DNA from: Candidatus Latescibacterota bacterium
Lineage (GTDB): Bacteria; Latescibacterota; UBA2968; UBA8231
Direction of reading: 5' to 3'
DNA length: 64,000 nucleotides
Assembly (NCBI GenBank): GCA_965248265.1
Contig: CBDFJF010000001.1
Coordinates: 896,001-960,000, forward strand
Shown here: piece after piece, positions 49,304-58,124 of the stretch
How the letters are laid out: each line of letters opens with the position of its first letter
Position numbering within the stretch: position 1 is the first letter of the stretch
Made by a program: the position numbers and the translations under genes
The notes under the pieces: generated by a model
What the model saw: only the letters and a program-made list of their open reading frames with translations
Database searches by the model: none
Told to the model about the DNA's origin: nothing

Positions 49304-49358
49304 TGGCACCTCGCCTTCGGAACAGTCCGATATTGCAAGACCGCAGTTTCTGACTTCC

Positions 49359-50891
49359 TTACTCACCTACGCCTTGTGCCTCTTGGAAAAGGCCCCTGAA
49401 ACGCTCAGTTTCACCGGGGGCGGCATAGCTCGGACTACCCGACAGGATCCCGGTGACATTGGAGAAGGCTCGCCCGATATGCATGCCGTCCCCATCGATG
49501 CTGAATTCGCGGATTTCCTTATCGTGTAGGGATCCTCGCATCTTGAGGACGGTAAGGCCCCGGCGCATTTCCCCGTACATCTCCACGTAGCGCAGCAGGA
49601 TGATCGAGTCAGTGATCGTGGAAATGTGGGCTTCCGTGACCGACGTACCGCCCATCAACGACTCCGTTGTGGACGTGAAGAGACCGGCCGCTTCCTTATG
49701 CTTGATAAAGGCCGTGAGTGCTATAACGAATTCACGGAATCCTTTTCTCGTGGAAACACGCTCCAGGGCGGACAGACTGTCCACGGCGATCCGGTTGGGT
49801 TGGAATTCATCGATGATCTCCTTTATGCGAATGAGATGATCTTCAAGGCCGGCGGCCTCCGGGTACTCGCACACCACCTTCAGTCTCTCTTCCCGTTCCA
49901 TTTGCTCGAAATCCACTCCCCAACCGGTAGCGTTGCGAAAGAGTTGCTCGCGGCTCTCCTCGAAGGCAAAGAGCAGGCAGCGCTCGTCAGTAAGCGCACC
50001 TCCGTCCATAAACTCAGTCACCATGAGAGTCTTACCGGTCCCGGTCGCCCCTGACACCAGGATGACGGAATCGCGGAAGAAGCCGCCACCGCACATCTCG
50101 TCTAGCTCTGCACTGCCCGAGGTGATGCGGATAGCCGAGGACTTCTGTTTCAGTTCAATGGCGGACAGCGGGATCGCGATGATGCCTTTGTCTGGCATGA
50201 CCGTAAAAGGGAATTCGCCCTTCTGATGCTGGGTCCCGCGAAATTTGAGGATCTCCAAGGTTCTGCGGCGTTTCTCATCCTCCAGCACGTTGCGCAGGAT
50301 GACGACGTTGTCGGCGACAAACTCCTCGATGCCGTAGCGGGCGATATCGCCGTATTCCTGGGTTCGCTCCGCCGTCATGACGGCCGTGACCCGCATCTCC
50401 CGCAATGCTGCGGCCACCCGAAACAGTTCACTGCGCACGGTGCTGGTATCGGAGAATTTGGTAAAGATGGCGCCCAGCGAATCCAGAGACACCCGTTGCG
50501 CACCTACCTTCTGAATGGCGTATTCGACACGCGTCAGGAGGGCACCCAGATCGTATTTTCCCGCTTCGGTGACGTCATCTTCTGGCCGCGGAGATGCATC
50601 GACGAAGATCCATTTGCCTTCGCTTTCCCATTTCTGGATATCCCAACCAAAGCCCAACATGTTCTTGCGGATATCGCGGGGCGACTCCTCGAAGGTGATA
50701 AAGACCCCCGGCTGATCTGTCGCCCTAATCCCCTCGGCCAGGAACTGCACCGCAAAGACCGTCTTGGCGCTGCCAGCGGTGCCGGCGACCAGTGTAGTGC
50801 GTTCCCTCGGCAGGCCACCTTCAGAGATCAGGTCAAAACCCTGGATTCCCGTTTCGAGTTTTTCAATCAAACGCTGCTCTTTCATGTCCAT
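49359..50891 (-). CDS. kaiC: Circadian clock ATPase/kinase KaiC
   Basis: Two RecA-like domains (GTAGSAKT, GATGTGKT), FEES twice, phosphosite region HISTITD, C-terminal GILSGSP. Confidence 0.96.
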   Translation of the reverse strand: MDMKEQRLIEKLETGIQGFDLISEGGLPRERTTLVAGTAGSAKTVFAVQFLAEGIRATDQPGVFITFEESPRDIRKNMLGFGWDIQKWESEGKWIFVDASPRPEDDVTEAGKYDLGALLTRVEYAIQKVGAQRVSLDSLGAIFTKFSDTSTVRSELFRVAAALREMRVTAVMTAERTQEYGDIARYGIEEFVADNVVILRNVLEDEKRRRTLEILKFRGTQHQKGEFPFTVMPDKGIIAIPLSAIELKQKSSAIRITSGSAELDEMCGGGFFRDSVILVSGATGTGKTLMVTEFMDGGALTDERCLLFAFEESREQLFRNATGWGVDFEQMEREERLKVVCEYPEAAGLEDHLIRIKEIIDEFQPNRIAVDSLSALERVSTRKGFREFVIALTAFIKHKEAAGLFTSTTESLMGGTSVTEAHISTITDSIILLRYVEMYGEMRRGLTVLKMRGSLHDKEIREFSIDGDGMHIGRAFSNVTGILSGSPSYAAPGETERFRGLFQEAQGVGE

Positions 50892-50892
50892 C

Positions 50893-51198
50893 TCATTCAT
50901 CTCCTTGATTAGCGTCGGGATACACATCCAGCCCCAACAGGACCTTCTCGGTATCGGACAGATCGCCGATGACGCGTCGAATGGGCGAAGGCAGCTCTTT
51001 GATCAGGGCCGGCGTCGCCAGGATCTTCTCATCCTCAGCCAATTGCGGTCTTTCCAGGATATCGATGACCCTTATCTCGTAGCGGCCTCCCAGCTCCTCC
51101 CTGCAGATCCGCTGCAGGTTGGCAATGGCGCGCTCCGATTTCGGCGTCTGTCCGGTGATGTATAGTTTCAGTAGCACTTCATCCATGATCATCCTCAC
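50893..51198 (-). CDS. kaiB: Circadian clock protein KaiB
   Basis: LKLYITGQTPKSERAIANL, IDILERPQLAEDEKILATP, PIRRVIGDLS. Confidence 0.96.
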   Translation of the reverse strand: MRMIMDEVLLKLYITGQTPKSERAIANLQRICREELGGRYEIRVIDILERPQLAEDEKILATPALIKELPSPIRRVIGDLSDTEKVLLGLDVYPDANQGDE

Positions 51199-52049
51199 TC
51201 TGTATCGGTGGTCATTCCGACAGAACGGTTGCGGTAGAACGAGACCAGATGGCCCATTAGCTCAAAAGCCATCAACCGCCCCTCTTCGATATAGGCCTGG
51301 GCTTTTTGCGGCCCTGTTTCGCTGCTTTTTTTCTGCAGGGCAGTGCTATGCACCTCCACTACGCTGCGCGGACCGGCTTTCAAGAGACCTATCTGTTCGG
51401 CCAGGCAGTAAAGACCTTCCGAAGTATTGTGCTCTACTCTGTAGGCTTGTTGCTCCAGCGCCCGATCCAGGAGCGCTTCGTAGCGCTCAACCAGTTTCGT
51501 GAACGTATCCGGTATACTCTCCTGGAGGGACGTGGTGCCATAAAGCCGAGCCGTAACAGCCGCCCCGTTAGAACCGGAAGCCCGCTCAAATGAGCGCATC
51601 TCGCGCTCGTGACGTTCCCGCTGCCGAGTCATCTCCAGTTCCGCTTGCAGCCGGTGGCGCTCAATCGCATAGCGGATCGCCCGCACCAAAACGCTATTAG
51701 CAATCTGCCCCTTCACCAGATAATCCTGTGCCCCTTCATGAACAGCTCTGATGGCCAATCTTTCATCGTCGAGACCTGTAAGCACCACAACGGGCACGTC
51801 GCGCGCTTCAGCGTGTATCCTGGCAAGCGTGGCCAATCCCTGGCTGTCGGGCAGAGAGAGGTCCAGTAACACCACATCAAATCCATTTTCCCGCAGGCAT
51901 CGCACCGCCTCATCCAGTCGCTCAACCTGCGTCAGCTGGAACGGAACAGAGGCAGTGGCTGCCTCTGTCAACACCTCGCGCAGCAGGTCTGCGTCACTGG
52001 GGTTGTCCTCCACCAGCAGGACATGGATGGGTCGGGATTCCCTTTTCAT
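51195..52049 (-). CDS. Receiver-domain protein with KaiA-like C-terminus (KaiA3 type)
   Basis: Receiver VLLVEDN/LLDLSLPD/DYLVKG; C-terminal VVEVHSTAL...EEGRLMAFELMGHLVSFYR resembles the KaiA C-terminal helix; overlaps the kaiB start. Confidence 0.8.
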   Translation of the reverse strand: MKRESRPIHVLLVEDNPSDADLLREVLTEAATASVPFQLTQVERLDEAVRCLRENGFDVVLLDLSLPDSQGLATLARIHAEARDVPVVVLTGLDDERLAIRAVHEGAQDYLVKGQIANSVLVRAIRYAIERHRLQAELEMTRQRERHEREMRSFERASGSNGAAVTARLYGTTSLQESIPDTFTKLVERYEALLDRALEQQAYRVEHNTSEGLYCLAEQIGLLKAGPRSVVEVHSTALQKKSSETGPQKAQAYIEEGRLMAFELMGHLVSFYRNRSVGMTTDTE

Positions 52050-52496
52050 TCAGTTTGTGGGCAACTTAACGACGGTGAACCAGAAGTCCTCGATGGATTT
52101 GACCACCTTGATGAACTGGTCAAAGTCCACCGGCTTCGTGATGTAGCAGTTGGCGTGCAGCCTATACACTTGGAGAACATCCTCTTCCGCCTCCGAGGTG
52201 GTCAGGATGACCGTGGGAATCAGCTGTAGGGATTCGTCCGCCTTTATTTCTGCCAGTACCTCTCGGCCGTCCTTCTTGGGCAGGTTCAAATCGAGTAGGA
52301 TCAGATCTGGACGTGGTACATCGCCGTTCGGACCCTCGCGCCGCAGAAAAGTCAGCGCTTCCACACCATCCTCTGCAACGTGAAGATGGTTGTGTATCTT
52401 GGCATCCTTGAGCGCTTCTATGGTCAACTCTACGTCGTTCGAGTTATCTTCGACCATCAGGATCTCGATGGGTCTGCATACCTCTGCAAAGCTCAT
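52050..52496 (-). CDS. Single-domain response regulator, Rcp1-like
   Basis: ILMVEDN, PDLILLDLNLPKKDG, ANCYITKPVD, FW motif. Confidence 0.92.
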   Translation of the reverse strand: MSFAEVCRPIEILMVEDNSNDVELTIEALKDAKIHNHLHVAEDGVEALTFLRREGPNGDVPRPDLILLDLNLPKKDGREVLAEIKADESLQLIPTVILTTSEAEEDVLQVYRLHANCYITKPVDFDQFIKVVKSIEDFWFTVVKLPTN

Positions 52497-53320
52497 GATG
52501 CGGTAACTCCTTTGTCCGGGATGGTGAAGTAGAACGTCGACCCAACCTGCGGTACTGATTCGACCCAAATCCGGCCGCCGTGTCGTTCTATAATTTTTCT
52601 GCATGTCGCCAGGCCAACACCGGTGCCTTCGTATTCCTTTTGAGTGTGCAGTCGCTGAAAAATGAGAAAGATGCGCTCGCTATGTTCCCGATCTATCCCG
52701 ATGCCGTTGTCTTGGACGAAGAATACCCACTCAGTATCCTCGCGACTCGCCCCTACATGTATTTTTGGCTGGTGATTACCGCAGAATTTGATGGCATTCC
52801 CGATCAGGTTCTGGAATAACTGCACTAGCTGTACATCATCGGCCAGAACAGTTGGCAGTACGCCATGTGTTACCAAGGCGCCGCTCTCTTCAATGGCGAC
52901 TTGCAGGTTGTCAATCCCCTGGCTTAGGGCCTCAGAACATTTAGTCGGCTCAAAGGCGTTACCCCGCGTGCCGACCCGCGAATACGTTAGCAATTCGGCA
53001 ATGAGCCTTTTCATCCTCGCTGCCCCATCTACTGTACGGGCGATAAATCTGCGGGCATCCGCATCGAGTCGGTCTTTGTAACGTCGATCGAGCAGCTGCA
53101 AATAACTCGTTATTACACGCAGCGGCTCTTGCAGGTCGTGTGAAGCGACAGAGGCAAACTGTTCCAGCTCGTCGTTGGAGCGCTCCAACTCTGCCAGGAG
53201 CTGTTCCAGCTCTATAGATTGGTCGATCACTGTTTGCTCGTGCACTTCGAGCAGTTGTTCGAGGGTAGCCACCTGGGACCCAAGCTGCTCAACTGTTTCA
53301 TTTCGGCTGTTGTCGTCCAC
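52493..53320 (-). CDS. Cytoplasmic histidine kinase (Cph1-type kinase module) lacking its own sensor domain
   Basis: ASHDLQEPLR, QLFQNLIGNAIKF, FQRLH, GTGVGLA; only a ~50-aa helical N-terminus. Confidence 0.92.
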   Translation of the reverse strand: MDDNSRNETVEQLGSQVATLEQLLEVHEQTVIDQSIELEQLLAELERSNDELEQFASVASHDLQEPLRVITSYLQLLDRRYKDRLDADARRFIARTVDGAARMKRLIAELLTYSRVGTRGNAFEPTKCSEALSQGIDNLQVAIEESGALVTHGVLPTVLADDVQLVQLFQNLIGNAIKFCGNHQPKIHVGASREDTEWVFFVQDNGIGIDREHSERIFLIFQRLHTQKEYEGTGVGLATCRKIIERHGGRIWVESVPQVGSTFYFTIPDKGVTAS

Positions 53321-53325
53321 AACGA

Positions 53326-54078
53326 TTACTTCACCTCAACAGAAGAGTCGCATCGGGTGAATACCGATCCTCCAACGAAGGGCAACACTGCCACCTTCGC
53401 ACTCAGTGCCAGGATCCTGAACATATCAGCAGTCTTGCGCGGGATGTGGACCTTGGAGAACAGGATTACCGCGAAGAGATCCCCTGAAGGAAGCATGCCA
53501 CCGAACCCCAGCGCCGATTGAATGCCGAATGGAATCACGAATTCCGCTTGGGCTGGGATGTACGGACTGCCCATTGCTTCGGGCACGTAGAACACGTTGT
53601 AGGATCTCTGATCCAGATCCACGATTATCGTTCGATCCGGCTGCAGTACTGCGTTCACGTCCAGTCCGAATTGATGAACTAATTGAGAGATCATCGGAAA
53701 TTGTGCGACAATGTCCTCGCTCGGGAGAGGAATCGCCTTATGACCGATCGAGTTCGCTCTGGAATTCCACTCGGACCTCTCACCGGCAGTCCCCAGCAGT
53801 ATCAGACACCTCATCGCAGGCGATTGGGCTCGGTTACCCACTAACTGGCAGGCGAATTCGCTAAGATCTCTGTCCAGATCCTGGAAAGGGTGCGTTTTGT
53901 AGAAACGGACGAGGACACAGGATCTGGCGCCGGTCTCCTGGTCGACGATGTGCTCTTGGAGATAGCGAACAATCCTTCCAGCCACCGTCTCCATGCTTTC
54001 AGCGCCGGCACCCATGCTGCGCAATGCCGAGGAGCATTTGCTCATGTCGCTCAGGGTAAAGTTTGTGAGATCGTACAT
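53326..54078 (-). CDS. Uncharacterised stand-alone GAF-like sensor protein
   Basis: Homologous to the N-terminus of 16298..17812 (LVRF, CLxLxGTAG, GHxxxPL, YIPxQ, LGFGGMLP); 5 bp upstream of the kinase. Confidence 0.75.
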   Translation of the reverse strand: MYDLTNFTLSDMSKCSSALRSMGAGAESMETVAGRIVRYLQEHIVDQETGARSCVLVRFYKTHPFQDLDRDLSEFACQLVGNRAQSPAMRCLILLGTAGERSEWNSRANSIGHKAIPLPSEDIVAQFPMISQLVHQFGLDVNAVLQPDRTIIVDLDQRSYNVFYVPEAMGSPYIPAQAEFVIPFGIQSALGFGGMLPSGDLFAVILFSKVHIPRKTADMFRILALSAKVAVLPFVGGSVFTRCDSSVEVK

Positions 54079-54150
54079 GGAACTATTCTCTCATCCCTCT
54101 ACCCGAAAATGGTTCTTCTCCATCACGGCTCCAGATACAGTCGGTTTTCT

Positions 54151-54417
54151 TTATGGTGCGTTTTGCACCAATTTCTTCAGAAACTGCGACCAGGCAACAC
54201 ATTGTACCCCTTCTATCTCAAGCTGACGTAGGAGCTCAGTACCGTGCGTGTCGGCGAAACCGACATCGGACAGATCCAGAACCAAGGACGACCCGATCTC
54301 TTCTTGGTGTTCTGAGCACGTTCTCCGAAGTAGCCGCACCCACTGACCTACGAGCTCTCCTTCCAATTTGAGGACAGTCTCTCCGTGTCGGTCTACAAGC
54401 TTGGTAATTCTGAGCAT
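54151..54417 (-). CDS. STAS-like protein
   Basis: MLRIT..VLKLEGELVGQWV..LDLSDVGFADTHG; paralog of 29239..29535. Confidence 0.8.
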   Translation of the reverse strand: MLRITKLVDRHGETVLKLEGELVGQWVRLLRRTCSEHQEEIGSSLVLDLSDVGFADTHGTELLRQLEIEGVQCVAWSQFLKKLVQNAP

Positions 54418-54450
54418 CGATTTTTTTTCTCTGGTCTGGAAAGGGGATCT

Positions 54451-54466
54451 TGCAATCTCCGTGCCA
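54451..54466 (-). promoter_or_regulatory. Sigma-54 promoter of the kai-containing operon
   Basis: TGGCAC-GGAGA-TTGCA matches TGGCAC-N5-TTGC; 33 bp upstream of ATG 54417. Confidence 0.85.
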
Positions 54467-54508
54467 CAACAATAAAAGCCACTCAAGGCTCCCGCCTAAG
54501 TGGCTTCA

Positions 54509-54521
54509 CATCAACTGCTTG
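54509..54521 (+). promoter_or_regulatory. IHF-like site
   Basis: CATCAACTGCTTG vs WATCAANNNNTTR (one mismatch), between promoter and upstream palindromes. Confidence 0.45.
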
Positions 54522-54569
54522 TTCAAAAAATGAGGTGACTATTTATGTGTGAGTTCGCATGTTTATGGC

Positions 54570-54616
54570 TCCCAATATGTTGGGAATTCCCAATCGGAAT
54601 CCTTAATATTTTGGGA
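54570..54616. promoter_or_regulatory. Palindromic upstream activator sites
   Basis: TCCCAA-TATG-TTGGGA (54570) and CCTTAA-TATT-TTGGGA (54601), ~105-150 bp upstream of the sigma-54 promoter. Confidence 0.65.
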
Positions 54617-54633
54617 AGTTGGGAAGTGAGTCT

Positions 54634-56649
54634 CTAAGAAACGCCGCGCTTCACTGCGAGTTTCTTCATCCTTGCCTCCAGCGTGGTGGGCTTGAGACCT
54701 AGCAGCGCCGCCGCTCCTCCCTTGCCGCTTACTTTTCCATTTGTCGCCTTTAGGGCAGCGAGAATGTGGCGCCTCTCCAGCTCATGCAATGGTAGCAGGC
54801 GGTGTTCATCAGGCGTCAGCCGGTGGTCTTCAAGCTGGATATGCTCTTCCTCAATCCGGCCTCCACCAGATAGGATGACGGACCGTTCAACTAAGTTCTC
54901 CATCTCACGCACATTTCCCGGCCACGCATAACTGTTGAGTCTCTCGATAACCTCTTCACTGAAGTCTGCAGGTGGAAGACCCAATCGGGCACACTTTTGC
55001 CGAGCGATAAAGCTGGCGAGCAGAGGGATGTCCTCTGTACGATCTCGAAGCGGTGGAACGTTGACAGGAAAAACGTTCAACCGAAAGAAGAGGTCTTTCC
55101 TAAATTGACCATCATTGACCATCTGTTCCAGGTTTCGATGTGTCGCGGCGACAATCCGAACATCAGCCTTGATTGTCCGAGTGCCACCCACGAGCTCGAA
55201 CTCCTGTTCCTGGAGCACTCGCAACAGTTTCGCCTGTGTTTCTAGCGGAAGGTCCCCAATTTCGTCGAGAAAAATCGTACCCTCATGTGCGAGTTGAAAC
55301 CGTCCTTGTTTTCTCGCAAATGCGCCTGTAAAGGCCCCCTTTTCGTGGCCGAACAGCTCGCTCTCAATTAACCCAGAAGGGATGGCTGCACAGTTGAGTT
55401 TGATCAAGGGCTTCGAATTCCGTTGACTCATCTGGTGTATTGCGCGGCAGATTAGTTCCTTCCCTGTTCCTGTCTCTCCCACAACCAGTACTGTAGTGTC
55501 CGTGTTTGCTACCAGCTCAACCTTGCGCATCACATCCTGCAGACCTTTGCTCTTTCCGATCACTTTGTCATAGCTGTATGTGCCGCGGACCTCATCTGCA
55601 AGGGCCTGCTCCGTTCGCCTGCGTTCGTTGATTTCTCGCTGAAGACGCTCGTTGGCTATTCTCAGGTCAGTGGTACGCTTCTCAACGCGGTGTTCCAACT
55701 CGGCTGAATCGCGCTGCACCTGTTCGAACAGCCGCGCCTGGCTGACCGCGATTGCGAGCTGATCAGCCACCTGGCGAGCAATCTCGATGTGTTCGGGCGA
55801 GAAACTCTTCGGTGATACAGCCGCTATGTTGAGGGCGCCAATTAGCTGGCCCCGTGGGGCGAGGGGTATGTTGATATAGGATCTCATCCCTTCAGCGAGT
55901 AGCTTCCGATGAACCGATGAGTCGGAGAAACCCGAAATGTCGTCGACTATGTGAACGTCCCCATTCCGCAGTGCCTGAGGGACTTCGTAGTCGTCTAGTG
56001 CGAACCGTGAGCCCGCACTAATACTGGTTTCGCCGTCTACCCGAATCGCGAAAACCTCAGCTTGTTCGGCTAGTAAGTCGAACAGGACAACACTCGCCCG
56101 CGCGTGTGGCAGCAACTGAGAAAGCTGATCGAGCGCCGCCTGGCCGATGTCTTCAGGGGACTGGGCGGCCAGAATAGCACGTTCAATCTCCAGAAGGCTC
56201 TGCAAACGTGCAACAACATTTCGTAGTTGCAGCTCTGCACGGTTGCGCTCTGTAACATCCGAAAGAACGGCAAGACTTCTCTCGTAGACGCCATCCGCAT
56301 CTCGTTGCACTACGGCTGATAACAGGACATCTATGATCTCCCCATTTTTCTTGACGAACTGATAGGGGACATCCTTGGCATAACCAGTCTGCATAAATGC
56401 AGGTAGCGTGACTGTTGTAGCGTGCTGTCGCGATTCCTCCGTGAGGAAATCCAGCGACCTGCGACCGATGACTTCATCCCGGTCGTATCCAAGTACCTCA
56501 AGCCAATGATCGCTGACCCCCACTATACGTCCACTCGCGTCGATCGAGTGCAACATGGCAGGCGCTCTATATAGCGCGTGCAACCGGTCATCGCTCTCTT
56601 GCAGCGCTTCTTCCGGGTCGTCGCGGGTCTCTAAACTGATGTCGTGCAC
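54634..56649 (-). CDS. PAS-GAF sigma-54-dependent activator (FhlA-like AAA+/Fis HTH)
   Basis: GETGTGKE, GHEKGAFTGA, FLDEIG, WPGNVRE, HTH GGAAALLGLKPTTL. Confidence 0.93.
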   Translation of the reverse strand: MHDISLETRDDPEEALQESDDRLHALYRAPAMLHSIDASGRIVGVSDHWLEVLGYDRDEVIGRRSLDFLTEESRQHATTVTLPAFMQTGYAKDVPYQFVKKNGEIIDVLLSAVVQRDADGVYERSLAVLSDVTERNRAELQLRNVVARLQSLLEIERAILAAQSPEDIGQAALDQLSQLLPHARASVVLFDLLAEQAEVFAIRVDGETSISAGSRFALDDYEVPQALRNGDVHIVDDISGFSDSSVHRKLLAEGMRSYINIPLAPRGQLIGALNIAAVSPKSFSPEHIEIARQVADQLAIAVSQARLFEQVQRDSAELEHRVEKRTTDLRIANERLQREINERRRTEQALADEVRGTYSYDKVIGKSKGLQDVMRKVELVANTDTTVLVVGETGTGKELICRAIHQMSQRNSKPLIKLNCAAIPSGLIESELFGHEKGAFTGAFARKQGRFQLAHEGTIFLDEIGDLPLETQAKLLRVLQEQEFELVGGTRTIKADVRIVAATHRNLEQMVNDGQFRKDLFFRLNVFPVNVPPLRDRTEDIPLLASFIARQKCARLGLPPADFSEEVIERLNSYAWPGNVREMENLVERSVILSGGGRIEEEHIQLEDHRLTPDEHRLLPLHELERRHILAALKATNGKVSGKGGAAALLGLKPTTLEARMKKLAVKRGVS

Positions 56650-56714
56650 ACTTTCCCTCCCGTGGTGTATGAACGGTGCTCACTAGGATGGAGCAGAACG
56701 GAGGAAAAGTGCTA

Positions 56715-57110
56715 CTAAATCAGAAGGGCTTGCTTTAGATCTAGCAGTGTAGGACCGGGCTTGTGCGTACGATCCGTGGTATGGCGGGCATCAAAAAACA
56801 GAACTTCGAGATAAGAGATCCTGTTGTGTGGCTGACCAAGCAAGCCTTGTGATAGTGAAGAAGCCTTGATTTGCCATTTGTCGAGGTTTACGGCCGGTCG
56901 ACTAGATTCCTTGATTTCGCAACAGCATCCGTCAGCAACAAAAGCCGAACGGCAGCACTCATCGAAGTGCACAGTCTGTTCACTGGCGGGACAGTATAGC
57001 AACAACCCATCAACCCCAATACTTGGTAGCAATATCAATGCTGCCAAGATGAGCCTGAGCACGGTGCTGGCCCTATTCACTATGGACTTTCGGTTTCGCA
57101 TGTCTCGCAT
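56715..57110 (-). CDS. Small Cys-rich membrane/exported hypothetical protein
   Basis: Hydrophobic N-terminal segment, then YC..ECCR..GCCCE. Confidence 0.5.
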   Translation of the reverse strand: MRDMRNRKSIVNRASTVLRLILAALILLPSIGVDGLLLYCPASEQTVHFDECCRSAFVADGCCCEIKESSRPAVNLDKWQIKASSLSQGLLGQPHNRISYLEVLFFDARHTTDRTHKPGPTLLDLKQALLI

Positions 57111-57811
57111 GTTTCTCGAGTGGCCTTCCGTTCAGGCCAGATGTTCCAAAGCGAAGCTCCGAAGAGAAGAACAAAACCGGCTCCTGTGAATATTGCATTA
57201 TCTAACAGATACCGACTGGTAAGAATTGCCGCAGAAGCGATAAGACCAACCACAAGTGGCTTTAACCCACGTCGCCGACGGCGAGCTTGATAGGCCAGAC
57301 CAAGGATGGACATTGTGAGGAGTACAATAATCCCTGGTGTGACGTACGGGGTATAGTCAACAAAACCAAGACCTACAGATCCCAGCAGTCCAGCATATGC
57401 CGGCCAACATAGAGAACAACTGAGGGCCGGCAGCAATGTCGCGCCGAATGCGGGGAAGCTCGCCAAGCCACCAATCCAACTGACAGCTGACGACTTCGGT
57501 TTCGATGGATTCTGATCCAACGATGAGGATATCGTCTCAATGGAGGGAACGCCCTGAAAGCCTCCATCCTCCGCCTTGTAAATTCGACAGTTGTTCGCGT
57601 CAGCGTCTTGAGAGACGCCGGAAACATCCGTTCCGTTGAACAAAATGGTAGGTGAGCCATACCGGTGGACATGACCAGGCGCCTCGGGATCTTCCTGGTT
57701 CCACTCCGTCCATTCTGTTGGTCGGTCTGCAAGTGTTAAGGCGTGGTTGAGGCGTTTTCTAGCGCTGTCCACATTTGGACAATCCGGGTCGTATATCAGT
57801 TCAACACTCAT
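57080..57811 (-). CDS. Thioredoxin-like domain fused to MerC-like membrane domain
   Basis: ELIYDPDCPN, YGSPTIL, CRIY, then LSCSLCWPAYAGLLGSVGLGF and further TM helices; CETC at the C-terminus. Confidence 0.78.
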   Translation of the reverse strand: MSVELIYDPDCPNVDSARKRLNHALTLADRPTEWTEWNQEDPEAPGHVHRYGSPTILFNGTDVSGVSQDADANNCRIYKAEDGGFQGVPSIETISSSLDQNPSKPKSSAVSWIGGLASFPAFGATLLPALSCSLCWPAYAGLLGSVGLGFVDYTPYVTPGIIVLLTMSILGLAYQARRRRRGLKPLVVGLIASAAILTSRYLLDNAIFTGAGFVLLFGASLWNIWPERKATRETCETCETESP

Positions 57812-58026
57812 TGTCTCCACCCTTTCCCATGGGCCACTCTCAGGCGGCCAGAGGATGTAGCGAGCTTCTCCGAACAACTGGACAGAACGATGTATCGGTC
57901 CCCGGACCAAGGTCCGCCCTGAGTAGATGGTCCCTTCGTGACCTCGTCGTCCTCCACTTCGCCGATTATCCAGTCTCCCTTGCTCGCAAAATGGACTGTG
58001 TCGCTTGGCTCAAATCGCGTCATCAT
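57808..58026 (-). CDS. Small uncharacterised 'QGGPWSGDRY' protein, copy 2
   Basis: RFEPSDTVHF..WIIGEVE..QGGPWSGDRYIVLSS; AGAGG RBS; ATGA coupling to the next gene. Confidence 0.72.
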   Translation of the reverse strand: MMTRFEPSDTVHFASKGDWIIGEVEDDEVTKGPSTQGGPWSGDRYIVLSSCSEKLATSSGRLRVAHGKGWRQ

Positions 58027-58089
58027 GTTCCTCTTTGAATTCACTCGCTCAACCGGGCGTTCATCATATATGTGCTTGGCCTAACTTGG

Positions 58090-58107
58090 TAGTTGTATAT
58101 ACAACTA
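58090..58107. promoter_or_regulatory. Perfect 18-bp palindrome, putative MarR operator
   Basis: TAGTTGTATATACAACTA; core repeated at 58611..58624. Confidence 0.75.
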
Positions 58108-58124
58108 ATGCCAACAAGAGAGTC

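Noticed and set aside
52050-54078. Calling the locus a bacteriophytochrome (cph1/rcp1)
   Set aside because: Only the kinase and regulator modules match; no PAS-GAF-PHY region or DIP/PRxSF motifs seen
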